From Nitrosopumilus sp. (GTDB lineage: Archaea; Thermoproteota; Nitrososphaeria; Nitrososphaerales; Nitrosopumilaceae): a stretch of 64,000 nt of DNA. The position numbers and the translations under genes are program-made. A model generated the notes under the pieces. That model worked only from the letters and a program-made list of their open reading frames with translations, was not told the DNA's origin and ran no database searches. Positions 19,900-30,933 of this stretch are shown here, piece after piece. Location of the stretch: the NCBI GenBank assembly GCA_965214775.1, contig OZ243974.1, positions 2,528,001 to 2,592,000 on the forward strand, written 5' to 3'. Each line of letters begins with the position of its first letter. The stretch's first letter is position 1.

Positions 19900-21006
19900 T
19901 TATTTGCTCTTGTTGTATTTGTCTAGGATCAACTGATCAAGGCCTGTCAATGCTGTGATGAAGGTGCCAAATTCGCCAATGTGCATGGTAGTCGTCGTAG
20001 GAACAAGCGCTTCTGCACCATACAGGTTCTGCAGAATGTAATTGTGCTCGTCATAATTGAGCTCGATTAACGCGTCAACCAGTGCGCTTTTGGTGGAATC
20101 TGACATGTCTGCACCAACCATGAATACGTGGGAAGGAACCGGACCGATTGTGGTAACTGGACGCAGTTTCTTTTGATCTTCTAATTCAAGGTATTTTGCA
20201 GGTGCAATGTCTGAGCCAAATGCAACATCGACGTTTCCGTTTAGGAGCAACTCAAGTGCTGCCTTGTATCCGCCGGCAAAAGTATAACTTTCAAAGTTCC
20301 TTGCCAGGGCAGATTCCAATGCAACGATGTCGTCTCCTTCGATTGCCACATGGCCTTCAGTCACCAGGGTTCCCATCGGCCTGACAAAACCAGAGGAGCC
20401 TGTAATGCTTGTAAATGCGACTTTTTTGCCGACTGTATCTTCTATTGTTTGAAGAGAGTCATTGTCAGCTAACGTCCAAACTGTCGCCTGATAATTTACC
20501 TTGCCCTTGACAAGTTCGGCCAAGACTGCTTCGGCCCCAGATCTCTCATGGGCAATCCATGCAGGACCGGTATCCATAAAGGCAGCATCAATGTGGCCGA
20601 ACTTCATCCCTTCAATTATTGCCTCATAGTTGGTTGGCACAACGATTTTAACATCAACACTCAATTTGTCCTCAAGAAACTGCTCTAAAACTTCTGCTTT
20701 GGGGGTCAATTCGTCGGCTTTTTCAACTGGAATAAAACCGATTGTTAGCGTATCGACGTCAACGGATTTTGAACCAGATGAAACGTTGATTATGCCGTTT
20801 TCTACAAGAAACTCGATTCCGTTTAGAAAAGTCGCATCGTCTACGGCGCCCTCTGCCCACCAGCCGGCATTGGTTTTAATCCATTCAGGAAGAGAACTCT
20901 GTGCTTGGACTGTCTGTGTAACTGGAATCGTTGCCATGCCAACAGCTGCTACTACTGCAAATACAACAGCAATTGCCATGAATGACTTTTGTTTCATGAT
21001 TGTCAA
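19900..21006 (-). CDS. phnD: Phosphonate/phosphate-binding protein with the thaumarchaeal PEWIKTNAGWW N-terminal domain
   Basis: Signal peptide, LTIGFIPVE, SITGSSGFVRP, PVPSH; operon context. Confidence 0.9.
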   Translation of the reverse strand: MTIMKQKSFMAIAVVFAVVAAVGMATIPVTQTVQAQSSLPEWIKTNAGWWAEGAVDDATFLNGIEFLVENGIINVSSGSKSVDVDTLTIGFIPVEKADELTPKAEVLEQFLEDKLSVDVKIVVPTNYEAIIEGMKFGHIDAAFMDTGPAWIAHERSGAEAVLAELVKGKVNYQATVWTLADNDSLQTIEDTVGKKVAFTSITGSSGFVRPMGTLVTEGHVAIEGDDIVALESALARNFESYTFAGGYKAALELLLNGNVDVAFGSDIAPAKYLELEDQKKLRPVTTIGPVPSHVFMVGADMSDSTKSALVDALIELNYDEHNYILQNLYGAEALVPTTTTMHIGEFGTFITALTGLDQLILDKYNKSK

Positions 21007-21139
21007 TTGGATTAGGTCTAGCTAAATTATTTAAACGAGGTTCTCATTCCAAACTGTCGTTCTAAATCAATAGAATGAAAACAAATGTGTTATTTTTATG
21101 TGGATGGCATCTTCGTCACCTTCATCTTCTTTAACACCA

Positions 21140-21904
21140 GGGTCTCGTTTTTCATGACAATTCTTGCAAACAGTCTGAACGTGTTCTGAAAGCCGTTTCT
21201 AATTTTAGGCATAAATTCTATTTTGATCGGCATTCGTTAGTGACAAAATTCATGGCTGAACCTCCAGAGCCCGACTCGATACAGCAAACATCCATTACCT
21301 TTCCCGAATAGTGTAATTTCTCCGCGTTCCTTCTCTTGGGTCTGCATATCCTCTGCTCTGATGCATCTGTCAGACAGACAAGTTTTGGTGGCAATACGTC
21401 CATTAGATCCTCTGCTGAGGAGATTCTCTTGGTGCCCGAACAGATCTTTTCGGGGATCGAATACACTTTGAGAGCCGGCGCAATCCTGTCAATTGTGCGC
21501 GATACTGATGCCTGCTGTCTGATGCCAAACATGGCAGATTCCATGTCTTACATGACGCATGTCCTGTAGTAGAACATGGACAGCAGCAAAAGTAGGCTCT
21601 TCTCTAGGTTGGGGCAGACGGGTTTCCTGCACCGATGATGTCACGCTTGCGGCCTTTTTTGGCAGAAAGCAGCAAAATCTCTTTTTGCCCATCATTGGGT
21701 GTTTTCTTTTCTGCCTCCCTTGCACGCAACAAATCAAATTCGGGGGCGGCCATTCCGGCAAACATCGTCTTGAATGTCCGGGAGTTTCTTGCCAATCTAT
21801 CAAACAGTTTCACGGATTGCATATGTTTTGCCGGCATTTGGATCGGTTTGACATGCCATATTAGTGCCCATTTGATCAAAATTTGCTAATTTCGAATCAA
21901 CTCT
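21140..21904 (-). mobile_element. Degenerate IS5-like (DDE_Tnp_4/ISL2-type) element with a frameshifted transposase
   Basis: Fragments RNSRTFKTMFAGMAAPEFDLL, MFGIRQQASVSRTI and LTDASEQRICRPKRRNAEKLHYSGK in different frames; end AATTTCGAATCAACTCT. Left boundary approximate. Confidence 0.75.
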
Positions 21905-21946
21905 ACGTATCGAATTTTAAACATGGACGTGTGTTATTGTCACACG

Positions 21947-22076
21947 GGGGTTGTTTCCTAATTCCACCTGCCTGACTCAGTCTATGTTTTTCTGAATTTC
22001 TGCCCTTTTTGCACGCCTGATCCGTGTGGCATCTCAACGATTTTCAGGAATTCTGGCAAATTAGGAAAACAACCCC
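21947..22076. mobile_element. MITE family C (130 bp)
   Basis: TIR GGGGTTGTTTCCTAATT/AATTAGGAAAACAACCCC; 9-bp TSD TGTCACACG/TGTCATACG (one mismatch). Confidence 0.85.
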
Positions 22077-22182
22077 TGTCATACGTGTCGTCCATAGAAC
22101 CGGGAACGAGTTTTGACATACGATTCAATTACAGGTTTCGTCTTTGGATGAATCATTTTGTCAGTAATTTTCCAGACGCAGC

Positions 22183-22533
22183 CTACATGCCTGATTTCGG
22201 ATTATCCGTGTTTGGGTAGAGGTTAAGACTGGGCTCCAAATCATCCAAAGTGATTTCCACCTTGCCTATTCTGCTTCGATACAGTTTGATTTTTTTGCCT
22301 TCAGGGGAAATAACAAACCTGTCTATCTCGGCTAATGCCAAATCCTCCAACGTTGACAAAGTCTTGTATACGGTTGAAATTGAAATTTTCAGCTCATCGG
22401 CAATCTGTGTTGCGTCTTTGGATTCTTTTTTGACTGAAAACAGGACTGAGCGAGTGCAAACATTACTGAGGGATTCTATGATTTTTTGAGTAATGTCGAA
22501 TTCCGATAACTGAATTATGTTGGGTTTTGACAT
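22183..22533 (-). CDS. Winged-helix (ArsR-like) transcriptional regulator
   Basis: ATQIADELKISISTVYKTLSTLE HTH, GKKIKLY wing. Confidence 0.85.
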   Translation of the reverse strand: MSKPNIIQLSEFDITQKIIESLSNVCTRSVLFSVKKESKDATQIADELKISISTVYKTLSTLEDLALAEIDRFVISPEGKKIKLYRSRIGKVEITLDDLEPSLNLYPNTDNPKSGM

Positions 22534-22540
22534 GGAATCA

Positions 22541-22873
22541 TCACTTGTTTGGAATTAATGTTAATGAAGGTTCGGGCTTTTTTATCGAAATGTCGGCCTT
22601 GCTGATTCGGCTCCGATAAACTTTGTATTTTCTGCCTTTGTCAGACAACATCCATTTTTCGACTTTGATTAATGTCAGCTCTTCAAGATCAGCGATTTTT
22701 TTGTATACGGAACTGAGAGGGATTTTTAATTTGTCAGACAGTTCGGCAGCCGTGTTCCCTTTTCGAATAATGGAAAACAAAATAGCTCTTGACTCGGTGT
22801 CTGCCAATGCTTCTATCACCTTTTGGGTTGTATCGTATTTTTTTAATTGAGGTAGTGTTAATTTCCTTGACAT
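22541..22873 (-). CDS. Winged-helix (ArsR-like) transcriptional regulator
   Basis: AAELSDKLKIPLSSVYKKIADLE HTH; paralogue of the neighbouring gene. Confidence 0.85.
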   Translation of the reverse strand: MSRKLTLPQLKKYDTTQKVIEALADTESRAILFSIIRKGNTAAELSDKLKIPLSSVYKKIADLEELTLIKVEKWMLSDKGRKYKVYRSRISKADISIKKPEPSLTLIPNK

Positions 22874-22944
22874 TTAATTCCAAAGACGCCAAGACATATT
22901 TAAACGAAATCTTCTTTTGTTCTCATTCTGTGGATTTAGAACAA

Positions 22945-23676
22945 CTAGTTGTAAGATTCGGAAGTTTGTATGTGGGGTCTGAATTTGTTCCAAAACAAAC
23001 CCAGAATCACTCCTACTGAAACCCAAAACGAGGACACGCCGATTACTGACATCAGCCTAAATTCGTTTACCAAATCCATGGGTGCGGTTATTTCATCAGG
23101 GTTTTCCGGCATTGCAAAAAATATACAAGATGTAAATGCAATATAGCCGATTAATGCAATGAATTTTTTGCTTGATTTGAATTTCTTTGATAATTGATAG
23201 AATCCAACTGCGCCAAATCCAGAGATTGCAACAAATGACACATACAAAATTGCACGAAGTACAACTGTTTCACCGTCGCCTACCGTTGGAGGATTTGCAG
23301 GATATTTCAGAAAAGGAATAAGATATAGCGTAAACCACATGATTCCAGCAAGCAAGAATGCCTTTTTTACATCCGTGCCTCCTGGCAAAGATTTTCTAGA
23401 CAATGCGTAAACTATTCCAAACAAGGCACCTACAGAGGTTCCCAAAACCACGCCTGCAAGAATTTGACCGCTCTTTTGCCATGTCCTGTATCCCTCATAT
23501 TCGACCCAAAATTCAGGGGTATCTTCAGCTTCGCCTGACTCAAACATGTTTTGATTTTCAATTCCAATTGCTTGATCCAGATACGGCTCAACAATGGCAA
23601 AGTTTACCGCGCCGTGAACCAAGCCTGCCAGGGCGCCTGAAATTAAAACAATAACTATGAACAAGGCAGTTTTCAT
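22945..23676 (-). CDS. cbtA: Putative cobalt transporter subunit CbtA
   Basis: Five TM segments, LKYPANPPTVG motif, next to cbtB. Confidence 0.85.
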   Translation of the reverse strand: MKTALFIVIVLISGALAGLVHGAVNFAIVEPYLDQAIGIENQNMFESGEAEDTPEFWVEYEGYRTWQKSGQILAGVVLGTSVGALFGIVYALSRKSLPGGTDVKKAFLLAGIMWFTLYLIPFLKYPANPPTVGDGETVVLRAILYVSFVAISGFGAVGFYQLSKKFKSSKKFIALIGYIAFTSCIFFAMPENPDEITAPMDLVNEFRLMSVIGVSSFWVSVGVILGLFWNKFRPHIQTSESYN

Positions 23677-23693
23677 GTTTTCTCACTATTCAT

Positions 23694-23909
23694 CTAATGA
23701 CAAGGAAAGCCTGCTGCATGTCTCATGTCGTGAGTCAGTTCATGAATGTACAGGTCAATAAATGCCTGCTCGCCATAAACGAGGCTAAAGATGTGTCCTT
23801 GGTCAAATACTACTACAAACAATCCCGTTGCAAAGACAACTCCCAATACAAAGATTGCCAGTTTTGATACGCCAGTTTTTGATACGATGGCTTGTCTTGA
23901 TTCAGACAT
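23694..23909 (-). CDS. cbtB: Putative cobalt transporter subunit CbtB
   Basis: One TM plus C-terminal HELTHDMRHAAGFPCH signature. Confidence 0.9.
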   Translation of the reverse strand: MSESRQAIVSKTGVSKLAIFVLGVVFATGLFVVVFDQGHIFSLVYGEQAFIDLYIHELTHDMRHAAGFPCH

Positions 23910-24710
23910 AAAAGACATGATTCTCTGAATATATTTAAGCTCTTGGTTAAGGGTAAATTTCATCAAAATACCGTGATTTTCTCAAATTGTCGGTTTGAAT
24001 CATGTGATGGTGATACGCACGAAACTGTTTTTCCGTCTCTCCGTCTCTCTCCGTTTATCCATCTGCATGTCTTGCCACAAATGCCAGGTAATTTCAGACG
24101 CGGTACGGGACACTTTTGGCTATTTGCCAAATACCACAAGGCCAAAATCACGCAAATTGCAATGCAGGCACATACATCGTGGCAGTAGTGCGGACGTCAA
24201 AAAATGGATCATGGTTTTGACACACTGCCTATTTCATTAAAAAGACAACCTGGTATCAACCGTACGCCACACTACGGCACGCATCATATCGGTGTTGCAG
24301 TCCTGTAACGGCATGACTTCGTCCGGCAGCAAACACAAGGAGAGACGATTCGAAATCAAGAGCCGTGCAAATGCCGGGATTTTTCTGCAGATACAACATC
24401 TGTCATGCAAGCAAGCAGGCAAGCAGGCAAGCAGGTTCACAGACAACCTGCCGTTTGCAGGCATCTTGATCTGTTGACACAGGTTCGCTTGTGCATGTTT
24501 GGAATCTGCTGATTTCAAATCAGCCCCCAGACGTCTTAAACGGCATGGGTGGGAACAGCACTGCAATTTCTGAAGAATCATAAAAAGCAAGCACCAATCA
24601 AACACAATAAAACGTGCAAGAAATGACCGAATCCATGACCGTCAATCAAAATCAATTCCGAAAATGTTTCAACTCTCAAGGTATTTACCTGAAATCCTTT
24701 TTCAAAAATC

Positions 24711-25352
24711 ATGTCAAGGGCTTACTTGGTAATTCCAATTACCGTGGGAATTATCGCAGGATTGTTTTTGGCATTCCATTCTGAATCAAAAAACGAGCCA
24801 AAATTATTGACAGAGTCCAATCTTATTGGGAATGGATCTCCGGTTTTGGGGAATCCAAATGCCCCAATCACTATTTTGGAATGGGGGGATTACCAGTGCA
24901 CTTTTTGTTACAGATTCCATCAAAATACCCTGGATGCAATCAATAAAGATTTCATCCAGGCAGGAAAAGTAAAGCTTGTTTTCAAAGATTTCCCGCTAAA
25001 CGGACCTGACTCACTGCTGGCAGCTGAAGCGTCATACTGTGCCGAGGACCAAGGAAGATATTGGCAATATCACGACGAATTGTACGAAAACTGGGGAGGA
25101 GAAAGGACAGGATGGATCACAAGAAGCACTCTTGCCGAATTTGCCCAAAATGTCAATTTGGATACTGAGGAATTCAACAGCTGTCTGGATGAGAAAAAAC
25201 ATCAGAACAAGGTTGTTGCCATTCACGAGTACGGCAAAGAAATTGGGATTGATGCCACGCCGTCTTTTCTGGTATTCAATGACGAGAAAATCATCAAGAT
25301 TAGAGGAAATCAGCCTTTGGAGGTTTTTTTGAAGGCCATAGATGGCCTCTAG
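24711..25352 (+). CDS. Membrane-anchored DsbA/DsbG-like thioredoxin-fold protein
   Basis: LGNPNAPITILEWGDYQCTFC (CxxC), GIDATPSF. Confidence 0.9.
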   Translation: MSRAYLVIPITVGIIAGLFLAFHSESKNEPKLLTESNLIGNGSPVLGNPNAPITILEWGDYQCTFCYRFHQNTLDAINKDFIQAGKVKLVFKDFPLNGPDSLLAAEASYCAEDQGRYWQYHDELYENWGGERTGWITRSTLAEFAQNVNLDTEEFNSCLDEKKHQNKVVAIHEYGKEIGIDATPSFLVFNDEKIIKIRGNQPLEVFLKAIDGL

Positions 25353-25395
25353 TCAAAACAATCAAAATTAATACAGCATAGAGAGGAAAAAACAG

Positions 25396-26685
25396 ATGGG
25401 TAAAATCGACATCCAGAAGCAAGACTCGGTAAAACTTTACAAAATTAGAAAAACGCTGGAGGAACTGTCGCAAAAATCAGGCAGAGGCACCGAATTAATC
25501 ACGGTGTACATTCCAAAAGGCAAGCAGCTTCACGAGATCATAGGAATGCTACAGCAAGAGCAAGGAACGGCTAGCAACATCAAGTCAGACTTTACAAGAT
25601 CACACGTGGTTGATTCGTTAGGAAAGGTCGTTCAGAGATTAAAGCTGTACAAAAAAATTCCAGAGAGGGGATTGGTAATGTTTTGTGGCGCATTGCCTCC
25701 CGAGGAGGGAGGGCCGCTTGGAAGCGAGATTGTGACTGTTTGGGAGGTTGATCCCCCAAAAGATCTGAACCAGTATCTTTACCGATGCGATGATCATTTC
25801 CACGTGGACATCCTAAAGGACATGCTAAAAGACGACAATCTGATCGGATTTTTGGCAATTGACTCCAAGGACGCCGGTTGGGGGTTGTTGCACGGAGACA
25901 AAATCGAGGTTTTGGGTCAGACCGGTTCGGGTGTTGCAGGAAAACACAGGCAGGGAGGGCAATCTGCAAAGAGATTCCAAAAACTTCGGGAGATGGAATT
26001 GACATATTATTTTAACAGAGTCGCTCAGGTCACAAGAGAGTATTTTATTGACATCTATCCCGTCAAGGGGTTGATCATTTCGGGCCCGGGACCGACCAAG
26101 GAAGACTTTATCAACGGAAACTATCTGGAGTACAGGTTGCAAAACAACATCATTGCAACAATAGACGCATCATACTCCGGAGCAGAAGGAATCAGGGAGG
26201 CCTTTGCAAAATCATCAGACGTCTTGGGAGATTTTAGAATGGTTGAAGAGAAGAAACTTGTTGATGATTTGTTCAGAGAGATCAACGGAAATACGGGAAA
26301 AGGCTCCTACGGATTAAGCGAGGTAATAGAATTTCTCAAAAACAACATGGTACAAACCCTCATCATCAATGACAACACCAATCTGACTAGAATCGAGGCA
26401 AAATGCAAGAGATGCCAGAATACAAGAGAAGAGATTCTGGAAAGGCCGCTGGTAATTCCCAAAAAAACAGAATTTGCAAACAATCCCTGTCCCAGCTGCA
26501 AAGCCATGGAAGTAGAGGTAACAGAGCAGGACGTCGTAGACTATCTGGAGTTGCTTGCAACTAAAACCGGCTCTCAGTTAGAAGTGATATCTGGCAGTGC
26601 AGAGCACGGGCACATGCTTGAGAGCCTTGGCAAAATTGGCGCAATCCTGAGATATAATCCCGGACACAGCACACATGCGCGCTAA
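25396..26685 (+). CDS. prf1: Peptide chain release factor aRF1
   Basis: ASNIKS, YLYRCD and GGQS motifs; CKRC/CPSC zinc insert in domain 3. Confidence 0.97.
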   Translation: MGKIDIQKQDSVKLYKIRKTLEELSQKSGRGTELITVYIPKGKQLHEIIGMLQQEQGTASNIKSDFTRSHVVDSLGKVVQRLKLYKKIPERGLVMFCGALPPEEGGPLGSEIVTVWEVDPPKDLNQYLYRCDDHFHVDILKDMLKDDNLIGFLAIDSKDAGWGLLHGDKIEVLGQTGSGVAGKHRQGGQSAKRFQKLREMELTYYFNRVAQVTREYFIDIYPVKGLIISGPGPTKEDFINGNYLEYRLQNNIIATIDASYSGAEGIREAFAKSSDVLGDFRMVEEKKLVDDLFREINGNTGKGSYGLSEVIEFLKNNMVQTLIINDNTNLTRIEAKCKRCQNTREEILERPLVIPKKTEFANNPCPSCKAMEVEVTEQDVVDYLELLATKTGSQLEVISGSAEHGHMLESLGKIGAILRYNPGHSTHAR

Positions 26686-27092
26686 CAACTAAGCGATTCT
26701 TTGATCTTTGATGCAAGGTCGTGCAGTTCTTGTTTGTTTGAGATCTGTCTTTTTGTCCAAATTGTTCCCTTGCTGTTATATCGAGGAATGATATGAATGT
26801 GCACGTGGGGAACGATTTGTCTTGCAGCCCTTCCATTGTTCTGTCCCAGACTAAACGCATCAGCACCGGTTGCCTCTAGGATGGCACTTGCGATTTTTGG
26901 AACAATCGAAAACAGGCTTCCTACCTCTTGAGAATCCATATCGGTAATTCGCTCGTAGTGTTTTTGAGGAATGACAAGGGCATGTCCGACATCAATTGGG
27001 TATTTGTCTAAAAATGCAGCGTGGTGTTGATCCTTGTAAAGAAAATGACCATCTTGTTTTCCGTCCAATATCTCACAAAAAATGCATGCCAT
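26682..27092 (-). CDS. HIT-family nucleotide hydrolase
   Basis: CIFC at the N-terminus; HVHIHIIPR histidine triad. Confidence 0.95.
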   Translation of the reverse strand: MACIFCEILDGKQDGHFLYKDQHHAAFLDKYPIDVGHALVIPQKHYERITDMDSQEVGSLFSIVPKIASAILEATGADAFSLGQNNGRAARQIVPHVHIHIIPRYNSKGTIWTKRQISNKQELHDLASKIKESLSC

Positions 27093-27196
27093 AAATTTTC
27101 CAGTACCTGATTTTATTTATTGCTTTTAATCAAAACAAAGAGGAATCAAAAAACATCGAATGGTTAATTAGGGCAAATTTTTGAGTTTGATTGACT

Positions 27197-27793
27197 ATGG
27201 GCCGAAAAGAAAGGCGTGCACGAGAGCAAAAACGTGAAAACTTTGCGACAAAACACAAGACCCAGCAAAGAAAGCAGACAATGATTGCAGCCGGCGTTTT
27301 GGGAGTCATCGCAGTCATTGTCGGATATTCGGCAATTCTGTTTATGGATATTTCAGATTCGGCCGTAGGAGGCCCAGAAAATGCAGGTGCACTAGGAAGT
27401 GACCACGCACATGCGGCATTATTGGTAAAAATATTCGGAGACCGGTTTGACTTTTCAGCTCCGGCATACCAGATCAAATCCAGCTGGATTCACTTTGAGG
27501 GAAGGGATGGCTCTACAATTCACAAGCATGCAACAGGCGTCACACTCGGGTATCTCTTTGAGACACTGTCTCTCGGGCTAGATGACCAGTGCTTTGAATT
27601 CCAGGACGGCAGGAGTTTCTGTACCAATGAAGAGTACAAACTGGTCTTTTACATCAACGGGCAACAGGTATCAGACATCAGGAACTATGAAATCATGGAA
27701 GATGACAGAATTCTTATTTCATACGGTGCTCAAACGCCTGAAGAACTCGAGGGACAGCTGCTGGAATTAGAAAACCAAATACTGATCAAATAG
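27197..27793 (+). CDS. Conserved thaumarchaeal-type membrane-anchored protein
   Basis: Basic N-terminus, one TM, DHAH...IHFE...IHKH pattern, DRILISYG. Confidence 0.8.
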   Translation: MGRKERRAREQKRENFATKHKTQQRKQTMIAAGVLGVIAVIVGYSAILFMDISDSAVGGPENAGALGSDHAHAALLVKIFGDRFDFSAPAYQIKSSWIHFEGRDGSTIHKHATGVTLGYLFETLSLGLDDQCFEFQDGRSFCTNEEYKLVFYINGQQVSDIRNYEIMEDDRILISYGAQTPEELEGQLLELENQILIK

Positions 27794-27977
27794 ATGATCA
27801 TTTCCTTTTGCCTATGCAGACATGACATGCGTCCGGCAACGCCGTGTTTGTCCAGTCCTGCTTTGCACATCCGTCATGCCTTGCTCGTCATGTCTTGGTA
27901 TTCTGGCGTATTCATTTGACTGCTTTTTTCCCAGTTTCACCTTCTGTGATATGTTCAAAGATGAATGTCACTTCTCG

Positions 27978-28151
27978 TCACTTCTTTTTTGTTTCTTCAT
28001 CTTTTGTCAACAATCCCAATTCTTTTAGATTTTCCTCATATTCCTTTTCAGTCATCTTTCCTTCTTTAGGTCCATCGTGCCATACTTTTATCACACGCCT
28101 ATCATCCATATACAAAATTGCATGTTTGCCCTTTCTAAATCTGGTAATCAT
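27978..28151 (-). CDS. Possible 57-aa hypothetical protein
   Basis: Manual translation MITRFRKGKHAILYMDDRRVIKVWHDG...EETKKK; GGAG upstream; below the ORF-track cutoff. Confidence 0.4.
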   Translation of the reverse strand: MITRFRKGKHAILYMDDRRVIKVWHDGPKEGKMTEKEYEENLKELGLLTKDEETKKK

Positions 28152-28315
28152 CTTTGCTTCTCCGTTACCGTTCTATCTATTGCATGTTTGTACGAGTTCA
28201 GCCTTCCCAGAAGTACGTGATTCATGACTGTGCAGATGGCGGCGGGCGAATCTGTAGGTATCATAATTTAATTTGTTTCAAATCTGGGGCCGTTTTCTGG
28301 GTTACTTTTGGGAAG

Positions 28316-28406
28316 ACTGGAGTTTATCCCTTGGGCGTCACTGATGTCTGGAGCCTTTATGATCACGCCTGTCACATCGTATCTCAGGTGAGGGGTAAAC
28401 TCGTAC
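28316..28406. mobile_element. MITE family B, degenerate inverted copy
   Basis: Aligns with the reverse complement of 36958-37048; no intact TSD. Confidence 0.7.
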
Positions 28407-28868
28407 GGATGTTTCCCTGCTGCCTCATTGAATTCCTTGACCATCCCATCGCCAAATACATTCTCCGCGTATTTTTCCCCGTATTTCTCGTATCTGCTGC
28501 CACGTTTGGAATTTTCACCGGCAATCCCTGCTTGCTGCCTTGATATGCAGGACAACAGAGGGCTTTTGCCCCATGGCTGACTTTTTGAATCTGATCGATT
28601 CAAACTCGGGGTTTTCAGCAAAAGTCTTCCCGGTCAAATCCCGGCTCTGCAGACTTTCAAACGACATGTACGGTTTTTGAGAAGATTTGCGTTTTTTCAT
28701 TATTTCAAACTCGTTTTTGACTTTGCCTTTGTCGCCGCATCTAAGGCATGCCGACAAAATTATTTTGGACCAGCAAATGTCAAGGATCTTCATGACGGAA
28801 TAATTTCGGCATTCTAGAATCAATCCAGACAAAGTCTAAATTATAGCAGACAGGAATTCCTCTGTATC

Positions 28869-30545
28869 ATGGAAATATCCAGTCAAAACGTGGTAGGCGG
28901 AACGGCCCGTGCGCCTCACAGAGCAATGTACAAAGCCATGGGACTAGATGACAACGATCTGAGCAAACCGTTCATTGGCGTTTGTCACACAGGCAACGAA
29001 GCAACACCGTGTAACATTTTGCTGCCATCTTTGGCAGAACATGCAAAGCTCGGAGTTGCAGAAAATGGCGCAACACCCAGAATTTTTTCCACCATTGCAG
29101 TAAGTGACGGAATTGCAATGGGTCATGAAGGAATGAAATCCTCTTTGATTTCAAGGGAAATCATTGCAGATTCCATCGAATTGATGGTAAGGGCACACCA
29201 GTATGACGGAATCGTAGGCATTGCCGGTTGCGACAAGAGTCTGCCAGGAACAATGATGGCCATGGCCAGGTTGAATCTGCCATCGGTCTTTGTTTATGGC
29301 GGAACAATTATGCCGGGAATTTTAGATGGAAAAGAGCTTACAGTTGTGGATGTTTATGAGGCAGTGGGAGCTTATGATGCAGGACAAATATCGCTTGAGA
29401 TGCTAAAAAATATTGAAAACACTGCGTGTCCCAATTCAGGTTCGTGCGGAGGGATGTTTACTGCAAACACCATGGCATCGATTTCTGAAGCAATAGGTCT
29501 TGCATTGCCAGGAAGTGCCAGTCCGCCGGCTGAGGATGAAAGAAGACAAAAAATTGTTCATGACACGGGAGCTGCGTGTGCAAAATTACTGGAATCAGGA
29601 ATAAAACCACGCGAAATTATGACATATGAAGCGTTTGAAAACGCAATTACGATGCTAAACGCTGTTGGCGGCTCAACTAACGGGATTTTACACCTGTTAT
29701 CCATGGCAAATGAAGCCAGAGTCGGATTAACGTATGATGATTTTGAGAGAATTAGAAAAAAGACGCCGCATATTGCAGACATGAAACCCGGTGGAAATTA
29801 TGTGATGAACAGCCTTGACAAAATTGGCGGAATCCCGTTTATTCTAAAGAAATTGGCAAGACATGGACTGCTAAACGGGGACTGCATTACAGTTACGGGA
29901 AAGACAGTACAACAGAACCTGGATTCAATGAACATCCAAGAGCGTGAACAGTCAGTTATCAGACCCGTGGACAACCCGATTCATCCCGTAGGAACCGCAG
30001 TAATTCTCAAAGGAACTCTGGCACCAGAAGGTGCAGTAATCAAAACCGCGGGAGTTGAGATGACCGAATTCAAGGGCAAAGCCAGAGTATTTGACAGAGA
30101 GGAACATGCGTTTGATGCAGTCTCCAAAGGAGAGGTTGAAGAAGGGCATGTCATTGTAATCAGATACGAAGGACCAAAAGGCGGTCCTGGTATGAGAGAG
30201 ATGCTTGCAACAACTGCCGCACTTGTTGGTCAGGGTTTGGGGAAAAAAGTTGCAATGGTTACTGATGGAAGATTCTCCGGTGGGACAAGGGGATTCATGG
30301 TGGGACACGTTGCACCTGAAGCATATGTCGGTGGGCCAATCGCCTTGATTAAAGACGGTGATGAGATTACCATAGATACGGAAACCACGGTCATTGATCT
30401 TCATGTATCTGAGGAGGAGCTGGCAAAAAGAAGGGCAGAATGGAAAAAACCAGAGCCAAATTACACGTCAGGCGCATTGGCAAAATATGCATCACTTGTA
30501 GGCTCGTCTGCCAAAGGAGCAATTACGATTCCAAAATTTGATTAA
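28869..30545 (+). CDS. ilvD: Dihydroxy-acid dehydratase
   Basis: [36 protein letters not shown]. Confidence 0.97.
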   Translation: MEISSQNVVGGTARAPHRAMYKAMGLDDNDLSKPFIGVCHTGNEATPCNILLPSLAEHAKLGVAENGATPRIFSTIAVSDGIAMGHEGMKSSLISREIIADSIELMVRAHQYDGIVGIAGCDKSLPGTMMAMARLNLPSVFVYGGTIMPGILDGKELTVVDVYEAVGAYDAGQISLEMLKNIENTACPNSGSCGGMFTANTMASISEAIGLALPGSASPPAEDERRQKIVHDTGAACAKLLESGIKPREIMTYEAFENAITMLNAVGGSTNGILHLLSMANEARVGLTYDDFERIRKKTPHIADMKPGGNYVMNSLDKIGGIPFILKKLARHGLLNGDCITVTGKTVQQNLDSMNIQEREQSVIRPVDNPIHPVGTAVILKGTLAPEGAVIKTAGVEMTEFKGKARVFDREEHAFDAVSKGEVEEGHVIVIRYEGPKGGPGMREMLATTAALVGQGLGKKVAMVTDGRFSGGTRGFMVGHVAPEAYVGGPIALIKDGDEITIDTETTVIDLHVSEEELAKRRAEWKKPEPNYTSGALAKYASLVGSSAKGAITIPKFD

Positions 30546-30933
30546 GTGGTCAATCTGCCTGCGGGATCCAGAAGTTTGCCCGGCATTAATCGGGCGCCAA
30601 AAGCCGTTTCTGACAATTGTGGTTTTGGATACAAACTCCCTATCGGCATCTGTCGGCACCAAAATTCGTTTCTGAACTTCCAGTATGACCTGTTACAAAC
30701 CAGGCCGGATTATCCAATTAGGCGACAGCCCCGTTCAGTCGTCATTAGGGAACCTGTATCCGCTCTGACAACATGGCAAAGAATTTAGAAAATCAGGCCG
30801 GATTGCCGAATTATGGAACCGACCTCCGTAAAACGATAAACACATCATATTCTTCTTTGCAGATCATAAGCAATACGGCAAACGATGACTTGAAGATGAA
30901 TATGCCAATCCGAGTGGATCAAGGCCGATCTTG

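Noticed and set aside
23910-24700. Cobalamin riboswitch or ncRNA upstream of cbtB
   Set aside because: No B12-box consensus recognised; the region looks like degenerate sequence with a short GCAA/GCAG repeat.
28268-28621. 117-aa minus-strand ORF
   Set aside because: It runs through a MITE B copy and neighbouring debris, so it is likely spurious.
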